DNA from: Fimicolochytrium jonesii
Taxonomy: Eukaryota
Direction of reading: 5' to 3'
DNA length: 64,000 nucleotides
Assembly (NCBI RefSeq): GCF_025526975.1
Contig: NW_026515672.1
Location: 124,001-188,000 of the forward strand
The notes under the pieces were generated by a model, which was given only the letters and a program-made list of their open reading frames with translations, did no database searches and was not told the DNA's origin. Below, in pieces: positions 16,305-31,800 of this stretch. Every line of letters starts with the position of its first letter. Position 1 is the stretch's first letter. The translations under genes and the position numbers were made by a program.

Positions 16305-17785
16305 CTATTCCCCTACTGACACCGCCTGCTCCCGAATGCCTGGGCACCCCCCCCTGGCCCCCTGCGCGTCCCCTACATGCCTGAAAACACTCATAACCTG
16401 CGTCACCATACTACTGACATCACTCACACTCGCCGGCACGACGACAGTGGTTCCCTCCTTTGCAAGATTTCCAAAGGCGTCAATGTACTTTTCGGCGACG
16501 GAGAGGGAGACGGCGTCTTGCCCTGCGTGGGATTCGGCGGCGATGGCCTGTGCGATGCGGGAGATGGAGGCGGCGTTGGCCTGGGCGCGGAGGAGGATTG
16601 CTTCGGATTCACCTGTGGAGAAGCATAAAAAAAATTGAGTGATGGTTTTGGACATGCCCAGTTCTTTGGGGGTGTGAGGAGGGGGAGGGTTTAGTACGTT
16701 ACCCTGTGCGTGGTTAATCTGACGCAGCTTGACAGCCTCAGACTCCAGAATCGCAGATTGTTTGCGTCCTTCGGCTACATTGATAGACGCTTGTCTGCAA
16801 CCCCAACACATGAACCGTCAGTCATTTCCCCCCAAATGACCCTTCCAATCCACCTCCCACATCCCCAATCCCCTACCTCGCACCCTCCGACTCCAAAATC
16901 TCCGCCCGCTTCCTCCTCTCCGCCCCGACCTGCTGATGCATCGCGGCAACGACGTTATCCGGCGGGTGGATATCGCGGATCTCGTAACGCAAGCATTTGA
17001 TACCCCAGTCGGCGGCGGCGGAGTTGATGGCGTTGACGATGTTGAAGTTGAGCTGCGTGCGTTCTGCGAGGGTGCGATCTAGGGTCATTTGGCCGATTTC
17101 GGCGCGCTGTGTGGGGGTGATGGGGTGAGCATGTGGGTGTACCTTCGAATATGTGGGGCAATATTCGCCTAAAGGCGTCGACCCGCACCCACCATGGTCG
17201 TTTGAGCGAGCTGAGTGATGGCAAACTCTGCGTTTTCGACACCGTACGATGCTTTATATGGATCCACCACCCGGAAGTATAAGACACCATCCAACTCCAG
17301 GGTCACGTTATCTATAGGCAATTCCAAGCAAATTCAGTTCCCGTATCCCCCAGCACGCTCCACGTCAATCACCGACCTTGGGTGATAGCACTCTGCGACG
17401 GGATCTCCACCGCAATCTCCTTCAAGCTCTTCACATAACGAACGCGATCCAGCACCGGCACCAATATCGCCAACCCCGGCTCCAGGATCCGATCGAACCG
17501 GCCCATCCGCTCCACAATCCATGCTTCCTGCTGCGGGACGAACTTGATGATGGTGTTGGCGGGTAGCGCTTTTGATCTGCGCGCGGCGGTGCCGAATGCG
17601 TCGCCGTCACTGTTGTCGGGGAAGCCGAAGGGGTTGGAGTTGTAGGAGCGTGCGGGGATGGGGGTGGTGGTGAAGGGGCGGAGGGTGGAGAGGGAGGGGA
17701 AGAGGCGGGTGCGGGTGGATGGGTTGGCGGTTCGTAGGCACCTTGCCATGTTGCGCGAGGATGTGGAGGCTGTGGTGACAGACAT
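16305..17785 (-). CDS. Stomatin-like protein 2 (SPFH/band 7), probably mitochondrial
   Basis: FVPQQEAWIVERMGRFDRILEPGL, EIPSQSAIT, WGIKCLRYEIRDIHPP, QVGAERRKRAEILESEG, AEKYIDAFGNLAKEG; Arg/Ser/Thr-rich presequence-like N-terminus (start may be ATG 17749). Confidence 0.9.
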
Positions 17786-18426
17786 TGTTGAAGTTATATG
17801 TGATGTTCGATAGGTGTTTTCGTTACTGCCGGTGTCGGCTGTCTCGATTCAGATAAGCCCTTTTTATGGTGCAAGTGCGGAGTATGCTGGCTGTACGTCC
17901 TGTATCTCACGGTTGTCTCGGCATCACCGAAATGGGCAAGGTGATGTTGAAGAGTGTTGAAGGGCCTGCTTCAAAAAGTTCCGACGCGCATTCCCGACAA
18001 ACTGCGACCCTCCACGTACAGTACAGTACAGGAAGTAGCTCCACGTCTCATCCGGACGGCATCGACCTCATATTAATCAGACACCGCCAGCCAAGTGGGT
18101 GGGAGCCTCACCTGATGTAGTCAGGTCGCTTGGCGTGGAAACCATATCACCACTGATCAATGCCCAATGCCCAATGCCCAATGCCCAATGCCTGACCAAC
18201 GCTGACCCGTCGCTCGTTAGTCGCGCTTCGTTGGCGACCCATGAATGCCATCGCTGCATACAATCTCTTTACGCGCAGCCGTTCGACGCCAGATATCGTC
18301 ATGAAGCAATTGCACACTTTTCGTTCTGGAAAATTTGGCAAGATTATGTGTACACTTGATATTGATGTTGGCTAACGAAGCCTCTCGCCAATCCCCCGGG
18401 CCTCTCAGCGCTCTTCGTATTCACGT

Positions 18427-20118
18427 TCAGACCACCTTCTCCCCACTCCCATCTCCTACCCCATCCCCCGGCGTCACCGCGCCCCCATCCGTCTTCCCAA
18501 CCGTCGGAGCAGCATCCTGTGCATCAACACACCTAACCCCAAACTCCTCACAGACATCCGCCACAACCGTCTCCACAATCCTCCGTTTCTGATGGCGGCC
18601 CCATTTGCGCGTTAAACCACCCCCATCAGTGCTCCCAGTGGCTTCATCTGCTACACTCTGCGATATCGCCGATGCTTCCGTTGTTGATGGTGATGGGGAT
18701 GATGATGGTGACGATTCGGCGCCGATGGCTTGCGGCGAGGACATGGTGACGTAGTATTGGATCTGTTTCGTGGGCAGGGCCGGTGCGAAAGGCTGGATGG
18801 CAAGGAAGACGTGGGCGTGGTGGGGGCTGGGTGGGGTGGCGGAGGTGGCGGAGAGCTGGTGGAGGTGGGCCATTGTTTCCTGGTGAAGGGTGATGTGATG
18901 TGAGACACGAAATAGCTAAAATGAATATGAGAAGGAAAAGGATGGGGGACATACCTTGACCTGCCCCACAGCCTCCCCCAATCCTGTACACACTCTCCCT
19001 CCCTCGACTCCCTCCAGCGCCACGCGATCACACACGCGTCCAATCCACATCTCCCGTAGCGTCGCTAGGATGAAATCGCGGAGATCGCCAACGTCCGGGT
19101 CGGCGGGGGCGGAGAAGTAGAGGGATACAACAGGTGCGAGTGGCGAGGAGGCGGTGGATTCAGAGTCGGGGATGGGCGGGGCGATGGTGTCGACCAGGGT
19201 GTGGGTGAGGTGGGATAGGTTTGTGCCTGTTGAGGAGTGACGATGATAGTGAGTGCTTCACACCTCGCGCTCGAAGAGGAAGGCATGCATTGTTTTGAAT
19301 TACCCAGCTTAGCCATCTGCTCCCTGTTGATGATCCCCTTTACGTTCTCGTTCGCAGCGACGCTCTTCGCGGTTTCCTCTGCAATCGCTTTGGCTGATTC
19401 CAGGCCTTTCGTTAATGATGTAGTCGCTGTTGCACCGACTTTAGCGGCCTGACTCCAGATGCTTGACCAGCCGCCTGCGAGGGCGCCCCCTGCAAACGAC
19501 AGAGATCAATTGGTCAGTTCCAAAGGCTCCGCCGGGGCCCCACAAATAACACGTTTCCTACGAATTCCCCAAACTTACAGCTATCACTCTGCGGTGAGGT
19601 CTCACTCTGTGCCGGTCTCTCATTCCCTCCTTGAGCAGAGCCAAATCCCTGTCCCTGCCCCTTCCCTTCCAACCCCGGCGTCGCATTTCGACTCCCACCC
19701 GCACTCCGCCCGATACTCCCACTTCCAACGCTAGCAGCGGTAGTCGGCGTCTGCACCCTTCCAGGCACAGTGACCCCGCCCACCCCCGGAACAGTCGTCA
19801 TCACCGCGGGCGAACCCGTCCCCTCCTTCACCACCTTCGGCAACGGAGCGGGCTCCACAGGGGCATCCAATTCGTTGAGGAAGCTGAGCACATCTTGGGA
19901 TGAGTGTGTGTCGGTCGTGGCGGCGGTTCCGGTGGTTGTGGCTAGGTCCCCGGCGGTGGGGAGGGCGGGGTCATCTGTGGGGACGATGTTGTCGAGGTCT
20001 TGCAGAAACCTGGTAGGATGGAGATGGTTAACGCGTGAGGTTTCTGGGTTGGAGATCGCCTGGTTTGACCAGGTTGGACTTACTGTAGGACCTCTTGATT
20101 CGTTTTAGACTGGGCCAT
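18427..20118 (-). CDS. MTC1: Maintenance of telomere capping protein 1 (Mtc1)-like
   Basis: Spliced exons read MAQSKTNQEVL|FLQDLDN...DVLSFLNELD...GGWSSIWSQAAK...DTIAPPI...VFLAIQPF...ISQSV, the motif order I recall for fungal Mtc1. Confidence 0.5.
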
Positions 20119-20742
20119 TGTGTGTATTGCTATTAGTTTTCGTGTGTGCTATGAGACGTTTTTCCGGGGGGATATGCTTCGGCTGGGGACTGGGCTTTGA
20201 CCTTGAAGCCGCAATTGTGGAATGTGACGGCGACGTGGAACACTCGCGCTCCCACTCAGGCCCACCCTGGCTGCGCCACCCATAATTGGACTATGTGCAA
20301 AATTGCCGCGCCAACCCCGGACGCCATTTTTGGCCTCTCTTCCTTACCCACCATTGCCAACATCATGGCCATCTCTGCGACAGACATACACATACAGAAC
20401 CTCCGCTAGCAATATTCGGGTTCAGCACCTCCTAGGCTTGAGGTTCACAATAAACAACACTCAATTTGAATTACAGGGTTCTGAGAAATATGGGTGAAAG
20501 TGATGGAGGTCCGTACATCCATATCATCTCTGCGGCCAGCCGGATCACCTTGAGCGATTATAATTTTTTGTTCCTTGTACTCTAGTTTCTGAGAGCGTAA
20601 TGCCTCATGACGGTACGGAAGTTGTGTGGTGCACGACGGCACTCCTCCCAAAATCTGGAAGGACCTGACAAAACCTGCCGTAACTCACCCAGTTCAGAAC
20701 TTTTTTCGGGTATTTTTGCTGATTCTGATAGCCCTGCCAATT

Positions 20743-21015
20743 CCGCTGAAGTCCCGCACCAACGGAATGCTACGCCCGTCATCGACGTCGTTGACGAGAA
20801 AAAGACCGCTGCGCCCGTTGTGGAGGCCCGTGAAGTCGAAGCCAAGCAGGCCACTGCAGAATCTAAGAAGGAGCTCCCCAAGGGCGAGAAGGAACCCCCC
20901 AATGCTGGGTTCGCCCCGACAAGGGCACCTCTCGCAAGTTTGGCGGGGATAGCAGCACCTGTCATCGCCAACCTCGGGGGGGGCCTGAAGTCCCGCTGAA
21001 GTCCCGCACCAACGG
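20743..21015 (+). repeat. 23-bp perfect direct repeat (20743-20765 and 20993-21015) flanking a coding-like fragment
   Basis: CCGCTGAAGTCCCGCACCAACGG occurs twice, 250 bp apart. Confidence 0.8.
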
Positions 21016-21262
21016 CGCTCATGCGTTGCCCTTGCCTGTCCAGCGGTCGGCATTGAAAATGAGGGAGCTCCTTTTTTTCTGGAGCGGAAAACGGCGAGAC
21101 GCGTTATAGTGTCAGTTGCTGTCAAAGTGAGGGTGGGCCTGAGCGCTCCCAGCGACTACTCAAAACATTTCGACAACGGACACTTTCTCACCGGAACTTC
21201 GCTGCATATAGCCTGCACTCACCCTCGTCACAAACCTCCATAACCCCACTTCCAGACCGAAA

Positions 21263-21964
21263 ATGGCTTCACTACCAACCGGCCTCAACCTGGATGAGAA
21301 GAGCAAAGCCGAACTCATGACATTCGTCGAGAACGAGCAGGTACGGGGAACGCTTGAGGCGACAACGGAGAAAGACGTTGGGGGTTGGATAAGTCGATTC
21401 GTAGAGGGAGACCGGAAGTGGTGGGAGCAGTTGGGACAACCGCCTTTTGAGGAAATACCAGGACTGCAGCATTAATACAGAGGGAGAACCGACGCTCACT
21501 GGTGTTTTTTCCTATTTTCCTTCTGTCTCTTTTTCGAATAGCGCCGGGCAAACTTCCAAGCAACAGGTACGGGCCTCTCTTTCGGATTGTTGCAATCGGA
21601 TAAGAAAGCTAACACACCTATTTGACCTCCGCTTTCCGCCAACAGTACACCAATACACGGGTAAGAAGTGAACTATGCCTGACTTTGCGACTCCATACCA
21701 CCAAGACTAAAAACCTTTCTTCTCGCCTCCGAGACACATGCTGGGACAAATGCATCACGAAAGTGAAGGCCACAACGGATAAGTCTGATGAAGGTACCTA
21801 CCCGACTATCTTTTGCGCACGGTTCTCATAACGGTCAAAGGACGAAAAGCGGACGCTAACAACACATTACTCCAACTGTAGTATGCTTAACGAACTGCGT
21901 CGACCGATTCTTAGATAGCACCATCTTGCTCCTCAACTCGCTGGGAGCCCAGCAGCAGCGTTGA
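21263..21964 (+). CDS. TIM8: Mitochondrial intermembrane small Tim chaperone Tim8
   Basis: Five exons give MASLPTGLNLDEKSKAELMTFVENEQRRANFQATVHQYTDTCWDKC...CLTNCVDRFLDST, with twin CX3C motifs. Confidence 0.9.
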
Positions 21965-22721
21965 TAGAGCTTGTTAGTCTAGAAGATAGACGTAGAATTC
22001 TGGCGTCGCTAAGTCGTGCCATATCGGCTCTTCGGCACTGCCATCAGTCTGCGGAGCGGCCAGGTCTTTTGGCTTGGACGACCAGAAACACGTCCGAGTT
22101 GGTGCAAAAGACTTTCCACCACTCCGCGTCCCCGTCCGACCTATTCCCAGCCTGGCATCACACAAAGTGGTGACATTCTTGGTAATGGTATCGCCGTGAA
22201 GTTCCGTGCCAGCGCTTTTGTCGCAGGCCGTGTCTTGTGAAGGTTGTGTTAAGACAAAATCGTTTTCTTTGAATGCTCAGGTAGATTTCCAAAAAGAAGG
22301 TTGAGGACTCTGAAGGGTCCTTGGATGTGCCTTTGACATCGTTGGTAACCCTTGCGATATCGTGGTATACGGCTGCTGTCGCTGGAAATGGTAAATGCGT
22401 CTTGCAAGTGGAGTGCATTGCAGACGGAAGTGGAACGCAGCAGTCGTCCAGGAAAACTGACCGCGCGTCCGCTGTTGAAATTGGCGTAAGCGTAAGTGAA
22501 AGGAAACTCCGCTCAGACAGGGCCAACTCACTACTATGGACGGCCGCGATATTACTTCAGGAGAAACGGCCGGCTGCGGACTATAAGTACCAAGGTTTGG
22601 GTTTAGCGCCTATTTTTTCGGTGACGATCGAAAAGGAGCTCTCCCCGCAGAACGAGACGACGAGTTTTTGAACTTCTCTAGAACCGAACTTGTTTGCAGT
22701 CATTTCAGCCACTGAACAGGC

Positions 22722-24780
22722 ATGACGAAGGTATAGTACGCTCCCACTTCAGCCACATCACAAAGTCATCCCTTTAACATTCCATTCGCTGCAGTCTACA
22801 CTCCACCCACCGCCCCTACAAGAAACCTCCCAACGCTCCTCAGCCTCAATGTCCAACGCCATCTACCCCTCCGCAATCCCCCCTCCACCTCGCCACGACC
22901 CACCCCCACCACCCCCAGGCCGCTCAGGCCGTTCCTCCTTCCAAGACACCCCCACAAATCCACACCACCACCGAGACTCCCAGCCGGATCGCGCCCTCCA
23001 AGAACGCCAACCCCCCTCCTCACAACCCCCCACCTCAGATCCCACCGCTCCACCACCGTCAGCCCCGACCCACGGCCACACCCCGCACCTCTCCCTCGGC
23101 AGCCTCGTCGCCTTCGACTTCCCGCTCGACCCCGCGGAACACCCGCTGACCTCCCACCAATCCTCCCAATCCCTGCACCGCAAGAAGGCGTCGCGGGTGT
23201 CGTTGGAGAACATGTTGCCGACCGCGTTCCGGCGGTCGATGTCTGCGACGACGTTGAAGAAGTTGGTGGTGACGGATCCGATTGTGGAGTTGAGGAATAT
23301 ACATAAAACGTATCTGTTGGGGTTGGAGGGGGTTGCTGCTTTGCGGTGAGTGTGGGGGAAGGGGCGGAGAGTCCTGTTGGTTGCGTTGAAAGTAAGGCAC
23401 TGAAGTGGGGATGTGTGTTGTGGTTTAGGGGCGTGAGTCTGAGCATCCAGCGCGGCGAATGGGTAGCCGTATATGGAACCTCGGGTGGGGGCAAGACGAG
23501 TCTGCTGAACATCATTGGCACGATCGATAAACCGACGAAGGGGGATCTGACGATCTGTGATACCGGTATAAGTCCGCAACATCGATTGCCAACCATCGTG
23601 GGACGGGGATGATGAGTTTCTCACTCTTGTGGCGATTCTGTACAGTCATCACGCCAAATACGAAGGACGAAGTTCTGGCGGATCTGAGGCTGAGCAAGCT
23701 GTACGTACGTACTCCCACCCCCATCCATCCATCGTCGGGGATTCCTACCTCTTCCCATACATGTTACACTCAGTCCCCCACACTATCAACGTCCCACACA
23801 ACACAGCGGCTTCGTCTTCCAGTCCTTCAACCTCCTCTCCTCCATGACAGCCCTCGAAAACGTCGAGCTGCCCATGGTCCTCAAAGGCACCCAAACCGCC
23901 TCGGAACGGCGCACCCGGGCCGTGTCCAGCCTCGAGCGGGTCGGCCTGGCGCATAGATTGCATCACTTCCCGCATAAATTGTCGGGCGGTGAGCAGCAGC
24001 GGGTGACGATTGCGAGGGCGATTGCGAATTTGCCTGAGCTGTTGTTGTTGGATGAGCCGACGTATGTTGTGTGTGTTCCCCAGCCGTTTGCGGGGTTGGA
24101 TATGTGCTCACATCCATTCTACATGTACAGAGGCGACCTAGACACCCAAAACACGCTCAAGATCCTACACCTCCTGCACACCCTCAACCTGACCGAACAC
24201 ATGACCTTCATCATGGTCACGCACGACGTGTACCTCAAGAACTTTGCGCATCGGGTGATCTACATGCGCGACGGGAAGATCTCGAAGGTCAAGATGACGA
24301 GGAGTGAGAGGCGGGAGGTTGCGTTGAGGGAGTTGGAGGTGAAGATTGAGGAGGTGAGGAATCATTGTGCGGGGTGTTCTGATAAAGATGAAGGGATATT
24401 GATTTTTGAGATGTGCTTGGATAGCTGGAACGGAAGATCCAAGCGAAAGCAGACCAACCCTCCACACAACCCACACCCTTCACCCCTTCCCTCCCGTCAA
24501 CCCACATAGGCCGCGTCGCCGGCGAATCCGACCACACCCCCGGGACATTCGTCTCGCGAACCACCGAGATACGCGAGCCGGGGGACTACGCGACGTATTC
24601 GGCGTCGTCGGGGGTGGCTGCGCGGATAAGTGGGGATGCGGTGAATGGGAATGCAGCTGGGAATGCTGGTGGGGCTTTTGGGAAGGGGGGGATGCCGAGT
24701 AGCAAGTCGCATCAGCGGCTTGGGGGGGAGGAGAGGAGGGAGGGGGGAAAGATATTGAAAAGTGCGAGGGATTTGGATGA
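22722..24780 (+). CDS. Stand-alone ABC ATPase of LolD/FtsE/MacB-ATPase type (AbcH-like)
   Basis: Walker [29 protein letters not shown], signature [14 protein letters not shown], Walker [17 protein letters not shown] switch; no TM domain; C-terminal TEIREPGDY; several spliceosomal introns. Confidence 0.9.
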
Positions 24781-25085
24781 TATTGTTTGAAATGGTGTTG
24801 ATGGGGGATGACGTTTCTCAGTGAGTGTGGTGCTGGTGGAGGATGCTGGCAGGGATCTGTGCGTTGGCACCATTGCATGATTGCGATAATCACCCTTTCC
24901 CGCCTCTCAATCCATCATGACCGCAATCTTCAATTTCGCTTGCATAAACATGTATTGGAGCCCGCCATCGTAAAAAGTCGTCATCCGTATATATATCTAA
25001 AGAAGAGGGTAAAGAAAAACTATCGCCGCGACGCCTGCGTGGTGTGAAGAAAATGGGTGCGGGAGACTGTTGTGTTGTATTGTGT

Positions 25086-26741
<1,656 letters not shown>

Positions 26742-27557
26742 TGTAGCAGGCTCTTCCTATGGGATGGTTGGTTCTGTTGGGATACTGGAGGTGTCCTCTC
26801 ACTTTTGCCCCAAGTTGCAACTTGCCAGTCCAGCGCCGGAGTGTTCTCTCGCTCGACGTGGCCGGGGGGGGGGATCTGCAAGCGCCTGCAACCAACACGA
26901 GCAGCGTGACTCACAACCACGCGTCTGCACTTTCTTTTCCTTTCGGAGCCCTTGCCTCTCCGCCCTCCACGCTCTCTCCCACAACTCACTGGAAGGGCAC
27001 CCCAAGCAGGGCAGACGAGGCCACCGCCTTATTAGGTTTCTTCTCGTTCGCTTTGGATTTTGGAACATGCATGATACACGGCTGCGTCATTAGGTGGTCG
27101 TCAAGCTTTCTCCGGCTCTCGTGATCCTATGGCTGTTTGCTTTGTCCATTTGTCGATTGTCCAACTGGGATGAATTGCGAAACGACAAAACAATTTTTTG
27201 TCCCCAACGCGACCTCGACAGATCCCGTCCGTCCGTCGTTGGTGCCCCGGTCGACGCCCAATGCTCGTGAACGATGCGGGGAGAGGTGACCGATCCTACG
27301 CCCGCTTCCCCAAGTTGCCCCTACCAACTGGCGTCAAATTTGCTATTGTTCCTCCCCGGGCCACCGGCCCCACATCGGTAAGATTTTCTGGTGTGGGGAA
27401 CATACCCGCTGTCGCTGCCGTTGCACCATGGTGAAATTTCAAGAAACCGGAGGCAGCGAAGGTCGAGCATGAAAGTGCTATATAAGGGCGGAGAGCGTCG
27501 ATCAGGACCTTCCTTCGTCTGTATGCCCCTAAAGCCCTTCCTTCTTCATCCTTCAAC

Positions 27558-28380
27558 ATGCGTTTCGATTTCCTCATCGCTGGTCTGGCATTGGCCTCGT
27601 CTGCATCTGCAGCTGCTGCCCCAAAACCTACCTCTTACGTCTTGACGGGTGATTCGACAACCGGTAAGTTTTACACAACATCACATCCTTCGAGAAGTCT
27701 TTTCAGGGTAGTAACATCGAGTCACACTGATAGCTCCCGTTATCGGATGGGGCGACCAATTCTGCAAGCTCACCGCCCGCTGCTACAACATCGCCGCCTC
27801 CGGCAGGACTACGGCCACGTTCCGATCAGACGGTTACTTCCAAAAGGCGCTCGATAGGGTTAAAGCGGATGTAGCTGCCGGATTCGCCCCGCGCGTAACG
27901 ATCCAGTTCGGACATAATGATCAGAAAGTCATGGACACCACCACCTTCAAGAAGAACATGGCTGGTCTTATCGCCGACATCAAGAAGGCCGGTGGAAAAC
28001 CCATCGTCGTTACATCGCTCTGCCGTCGTACATTCAACAGCAAGGGCGTGTTGACGGACAAGCTGGAGGACTGGGCCGTCGCTGCGGAACAGCAGGCGGA
28101 CACATCCTCGGTCCCGTACGTTGATCTCCACGGCAAATGTATCAAGTACATCTCCGCCATCGGCAAGGACAGCGCCATGAAGTTGAACGCAAAGACTGGC
28201 AAGACACCCGGGGATGTGTTTGACCCCAAGACGGCTGATACGACACATCTGAACACGGAGGGCGGGATCATATTCAGCAGAGTGGTTGGTGATCTCATCA
28301 CTGCCCGCATTGCGAACGCTGGTATCAAGGCGAACCCGGCGTTGTCGGCGAAGATTAACGCTGGCAAGGCTGTTTACTGA
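27558..28380 (+). CDS. Secreted SGNH hydrolase, rhamnogalacturonan acetylesterase (CE12)-like
   Basis: Signal peptide; GDSTT, GWG, SGRTTATF, IQFGHNDQK, VTSLCRRTF, DTTHLN; one intron near 27663-27733. Confidence 0.85.
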
Positions 28381-28891
28381 ACACGGCGTACCCGTCTGCC
28401 TTGTGACCTTCACTTCTTCTTTCAATGGCGTATTCCTTATAGACATAGACTTCGGGTAGACACTCTGCCTATGTAAATCCACTCATCTCGAGCGTTCACA
28501 ATCTAGACTACCCTTTTGGAACAACGGCGTATATACAGTACATATAGACACTCCTATATACCATTTTGAACAACGGCGGACTACAGCTGGAGACCTGAAT
28601 CAATGGCCCCGGTGGTTGTCGGGAATGAAAAGAACGGAGCCCGGAGTAGCGCAGGAAGAGCGTGGATTGCACGGATTTCCATGTTGGGAAGACGTGAAGA
28701 GTCGAGAGTCGATGACACACGGCGACGGATTGCATGACACGAGCGTGTTTGGGCCATCGCTTTCTGGCCATATTCACACCTCTCAGGCGTAGATCACTAG
28801 GCTTTGCTTTCCCAGGCACACAAGATACCCCTCTTCACACACTCAGAGCGGCAGCCAGACCACTCTGCATGGGGCCGCACAACCAGTCTCT

Positions 28892-31800
28892 ATGAGCCTC
28901 CGTTCCAAACCCTCCACCTCCTCCCTGCAGTCCAGTAACGAGCTAAGTCTAGAGTCCTTCTACCTCGAGCCCGGCGCTCCAGAAGGCAACAAAGCCGGTG
29001 GCTTCCTCACCAGTCTATGGAGAGCCGCGGTCGGCAGGGCGACGAACGAGGCTGCCGCTCGAACACTTCAGAATGCTTCCACGACGGGGCATAATGCCGT
29101 GGGCACACCGCAACGACGGAAGGTCGAGGAATGGCAGGCGGGGACGAGCGTGGTTCGGTATGAGTCGCCCGGACGGGACGAGCTTCTCGAGAAAGGCAGC
29201 TTTGTAGACTCGGTTGATAACGCCGACAGCGAGCTCAGTGCGTCTGAGACGGCCAGTCAGGCGTCGACTCCGAACATTGACACGACCATGTCGGAGGTGT
29301 TGTCGGATGACGTGGAGAAGAACAAGTCGTCGTTGAAGCTTATTCGGAGGATGCGGAATATCGGGTCGACGGGGATTACGAAGGATTTTTGGATGCGGGA
29401 TGATAAGGTGAAGGAATGCTATGAGTGTAAGCAGGTCTTCACTACGTTCCGCCGGAAACATCACTGCCGCATCTGTGGTCAGATCTTTTGTCACAAATGT
29501 GCTTCCTCCATCGTCCCTGGAGAAAGATTTGGATACCCAGGAGAAATGCGTGTGTGCAACTTTTGCCTGAAGATCATGATCGACTACAAAAACAACGACT
29601 CGATGGGATCCAAGGAGCATTCGCCTCTATCCCAGAGTGCAGTCAGTCGGAAAGCATCTTGGAAGCCGATACAAACGTCACCTACCGCTACGGAACCCAG
29701 GATCGCCATTGCCTCTCCGGGATCGCACAACCCGCCGTCATCCACCAAGCCATGGCCGGGTTCACCATCGCCCGATGGATCGTTGGAAGGCTTCAGGAAG
29801 ATGCTGGGATCCTCGTTGTTCCAGAACAAGCGGGTGACGATCACAGAGGATGCAATGCTGGAGACTCCAGGCTCCTCGTCAGATCCATTCCGCGGGAAGC
29901 TCCCGCAGAAAGAGCGAACCTCTGAGGATCCCAGCTCTGAGAACTTGATTGATCCCGAAGCCATAGTGGAGTACGTGACGGACGATGAGAGCGAGGTGGG
30001 ACTTGCCGATCTGTGGGCCACCAGCCCCTTCTTAAACTTTCCCTCCAACACGGGAATCAGCACCGTATCGGTAGTCGCGACACCGCTGAAAAACATCCGT
30101 TCACTCAACGGCGTGGCGGATTCACCCATCATCGACAGCGATACGTGGGACTATGGGGAGGCCAACCAGCGGAAACGCAGGACACACCGCCGCGTTTCCC
30201 GGAACGACGAGCTCCGCCAGGAGTTTTCAAAGGACAAGGCCAAGCGGCGGAATGTCTCCAGCGGACATCCCCGACCGTCTCGATACTCTGCAAGAGCGAT
30301 CAGCAAGCAGCTGAGCAAATCCACGCTTGTCAGTCAAGCAGGGACGCTGGTGGCGCCGTCGACCGAGGACTTGTCTATGGTGTCGAACGGGTCGCTGTCA
30401 CGTCATCGCCGGACGGACTCGGGCTTGCCTACGGTTGAGCTCAATGCATCGTCTCTCGAACATTTGCGGCGGCTGCTGGGGCAAGTCTTATCTGAGTCGG
30501 ATATCTCTCCCATCGAAGGATGGGAGAGCGTTCTTATGAAGATCATGCTACGGGTATGCGACAGCATCCAACCCGATGTCCGTGGCGGGGACTTTATCGA
30601 TATTCGGCACTACGTGAAGATCAAAAAGATCCCCGGGGGTCTCCCCGCAGATAGCGAGTACGTATGCGGGGTAGTCTGTTCGAAGAACGTCGCGCACAAG
30701 AAGATGATACGGCCCATAGCGAACCCAAAGATCATGCTTCTGACATTCGCGCTCGAATACCAACGCGTGGAGAATCAGTTTCTATCACTGGAACCGCTGT
30801 TGGCGCAGGAACGGGAGCACTTAAAGAATCTCGTTTCCCGCGTCGTCGCCCTTCGCCCCGACGTTGTTCTGGTGGAAAAGACAGTCTCGCGGATAGCACT
30901 GGAATATTTCCTCGAAGCCAACGTCGCCATTGCGTACAACGTCAAAGGCTCCGTCATTGAAGCCCTTGCCCGATGCACGAAGGGGGATATCATCGCTTCC
31001 ATGGACAAGCTTGCGTTAGAACCTAAGCTGGGAACATGCGAGTCATTCAATATCAAGACGTTTATGAACTCGTCGATTCCTGGATATCGTAAGACGTTCC
31101 TGTACTTTGCTGGGTGTCCCAAGGAACTCGGATGCACCATCGTGTTGCGCGGGGGAACCCAGGCCGAGTTGGCAAAGATCAAGCAGATTGCGGATCTGAT
31201 GGCGTTTGTTGTTTACAACCTCAAATTGGAGACGTTTTTGTTTAGGGATCAGTTTGCGATGGAGCCGCCTACCGACTCTGAGCCGGTGGATAAGTTCTTG
31301 TTGGAGGGATTGCCCGACAGCGCGGGAGCTGTCCCGGCAGTCAAGAAGACCGCCGACGCAACGCCGCTGTCGAAGGCGATTCGGCCTTATGAGGAGATTA
31401 TCCTCTCAGCGTCACCTCACGTCAAGTTTCCACTGCCGTACCTATTGATGAGGTTGAAAGAAGAAGAACAACGCATGCTGCTCTCGAACAAGAAGCAGGT
31501 GGCGGACAAAGCCAAGCAAGAGCTCGCAAAGGAAGGCGATGCAGACAACGAAGTCCGGGAATACATCAGGACCATCCTCGATCAGTCCAGCGGATGGCTC
31601 TCCTCCATCGAGACCCGCGCAGGAATCAACAACCTTCTCGAGAACTCAAGCAGCCTGAGCCCGTTCGGTCATCAGTCCATCACGGTACTCTACTCGAACG
31701 TCTGCGCGGCTACCAGCGTACCCTGTCAAGCCCCTGAACAGCACCTCATCGAGTACTATCGCGGGACAGACATGACATTGGGGCAGTACCTCGAGGAACT

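Noticed and set aside
18158..18192. (AATGCCC)n heptamer array resembling a telomeric or STRR repeat
   Set aside because: Only about 4-5 units; a simple intergenic microsatellite.
20743..21015. CRISPR-like repeat
   Set aside because: Only two repeats, a 227-bp spacer, eukaryotic context and no cas genes.
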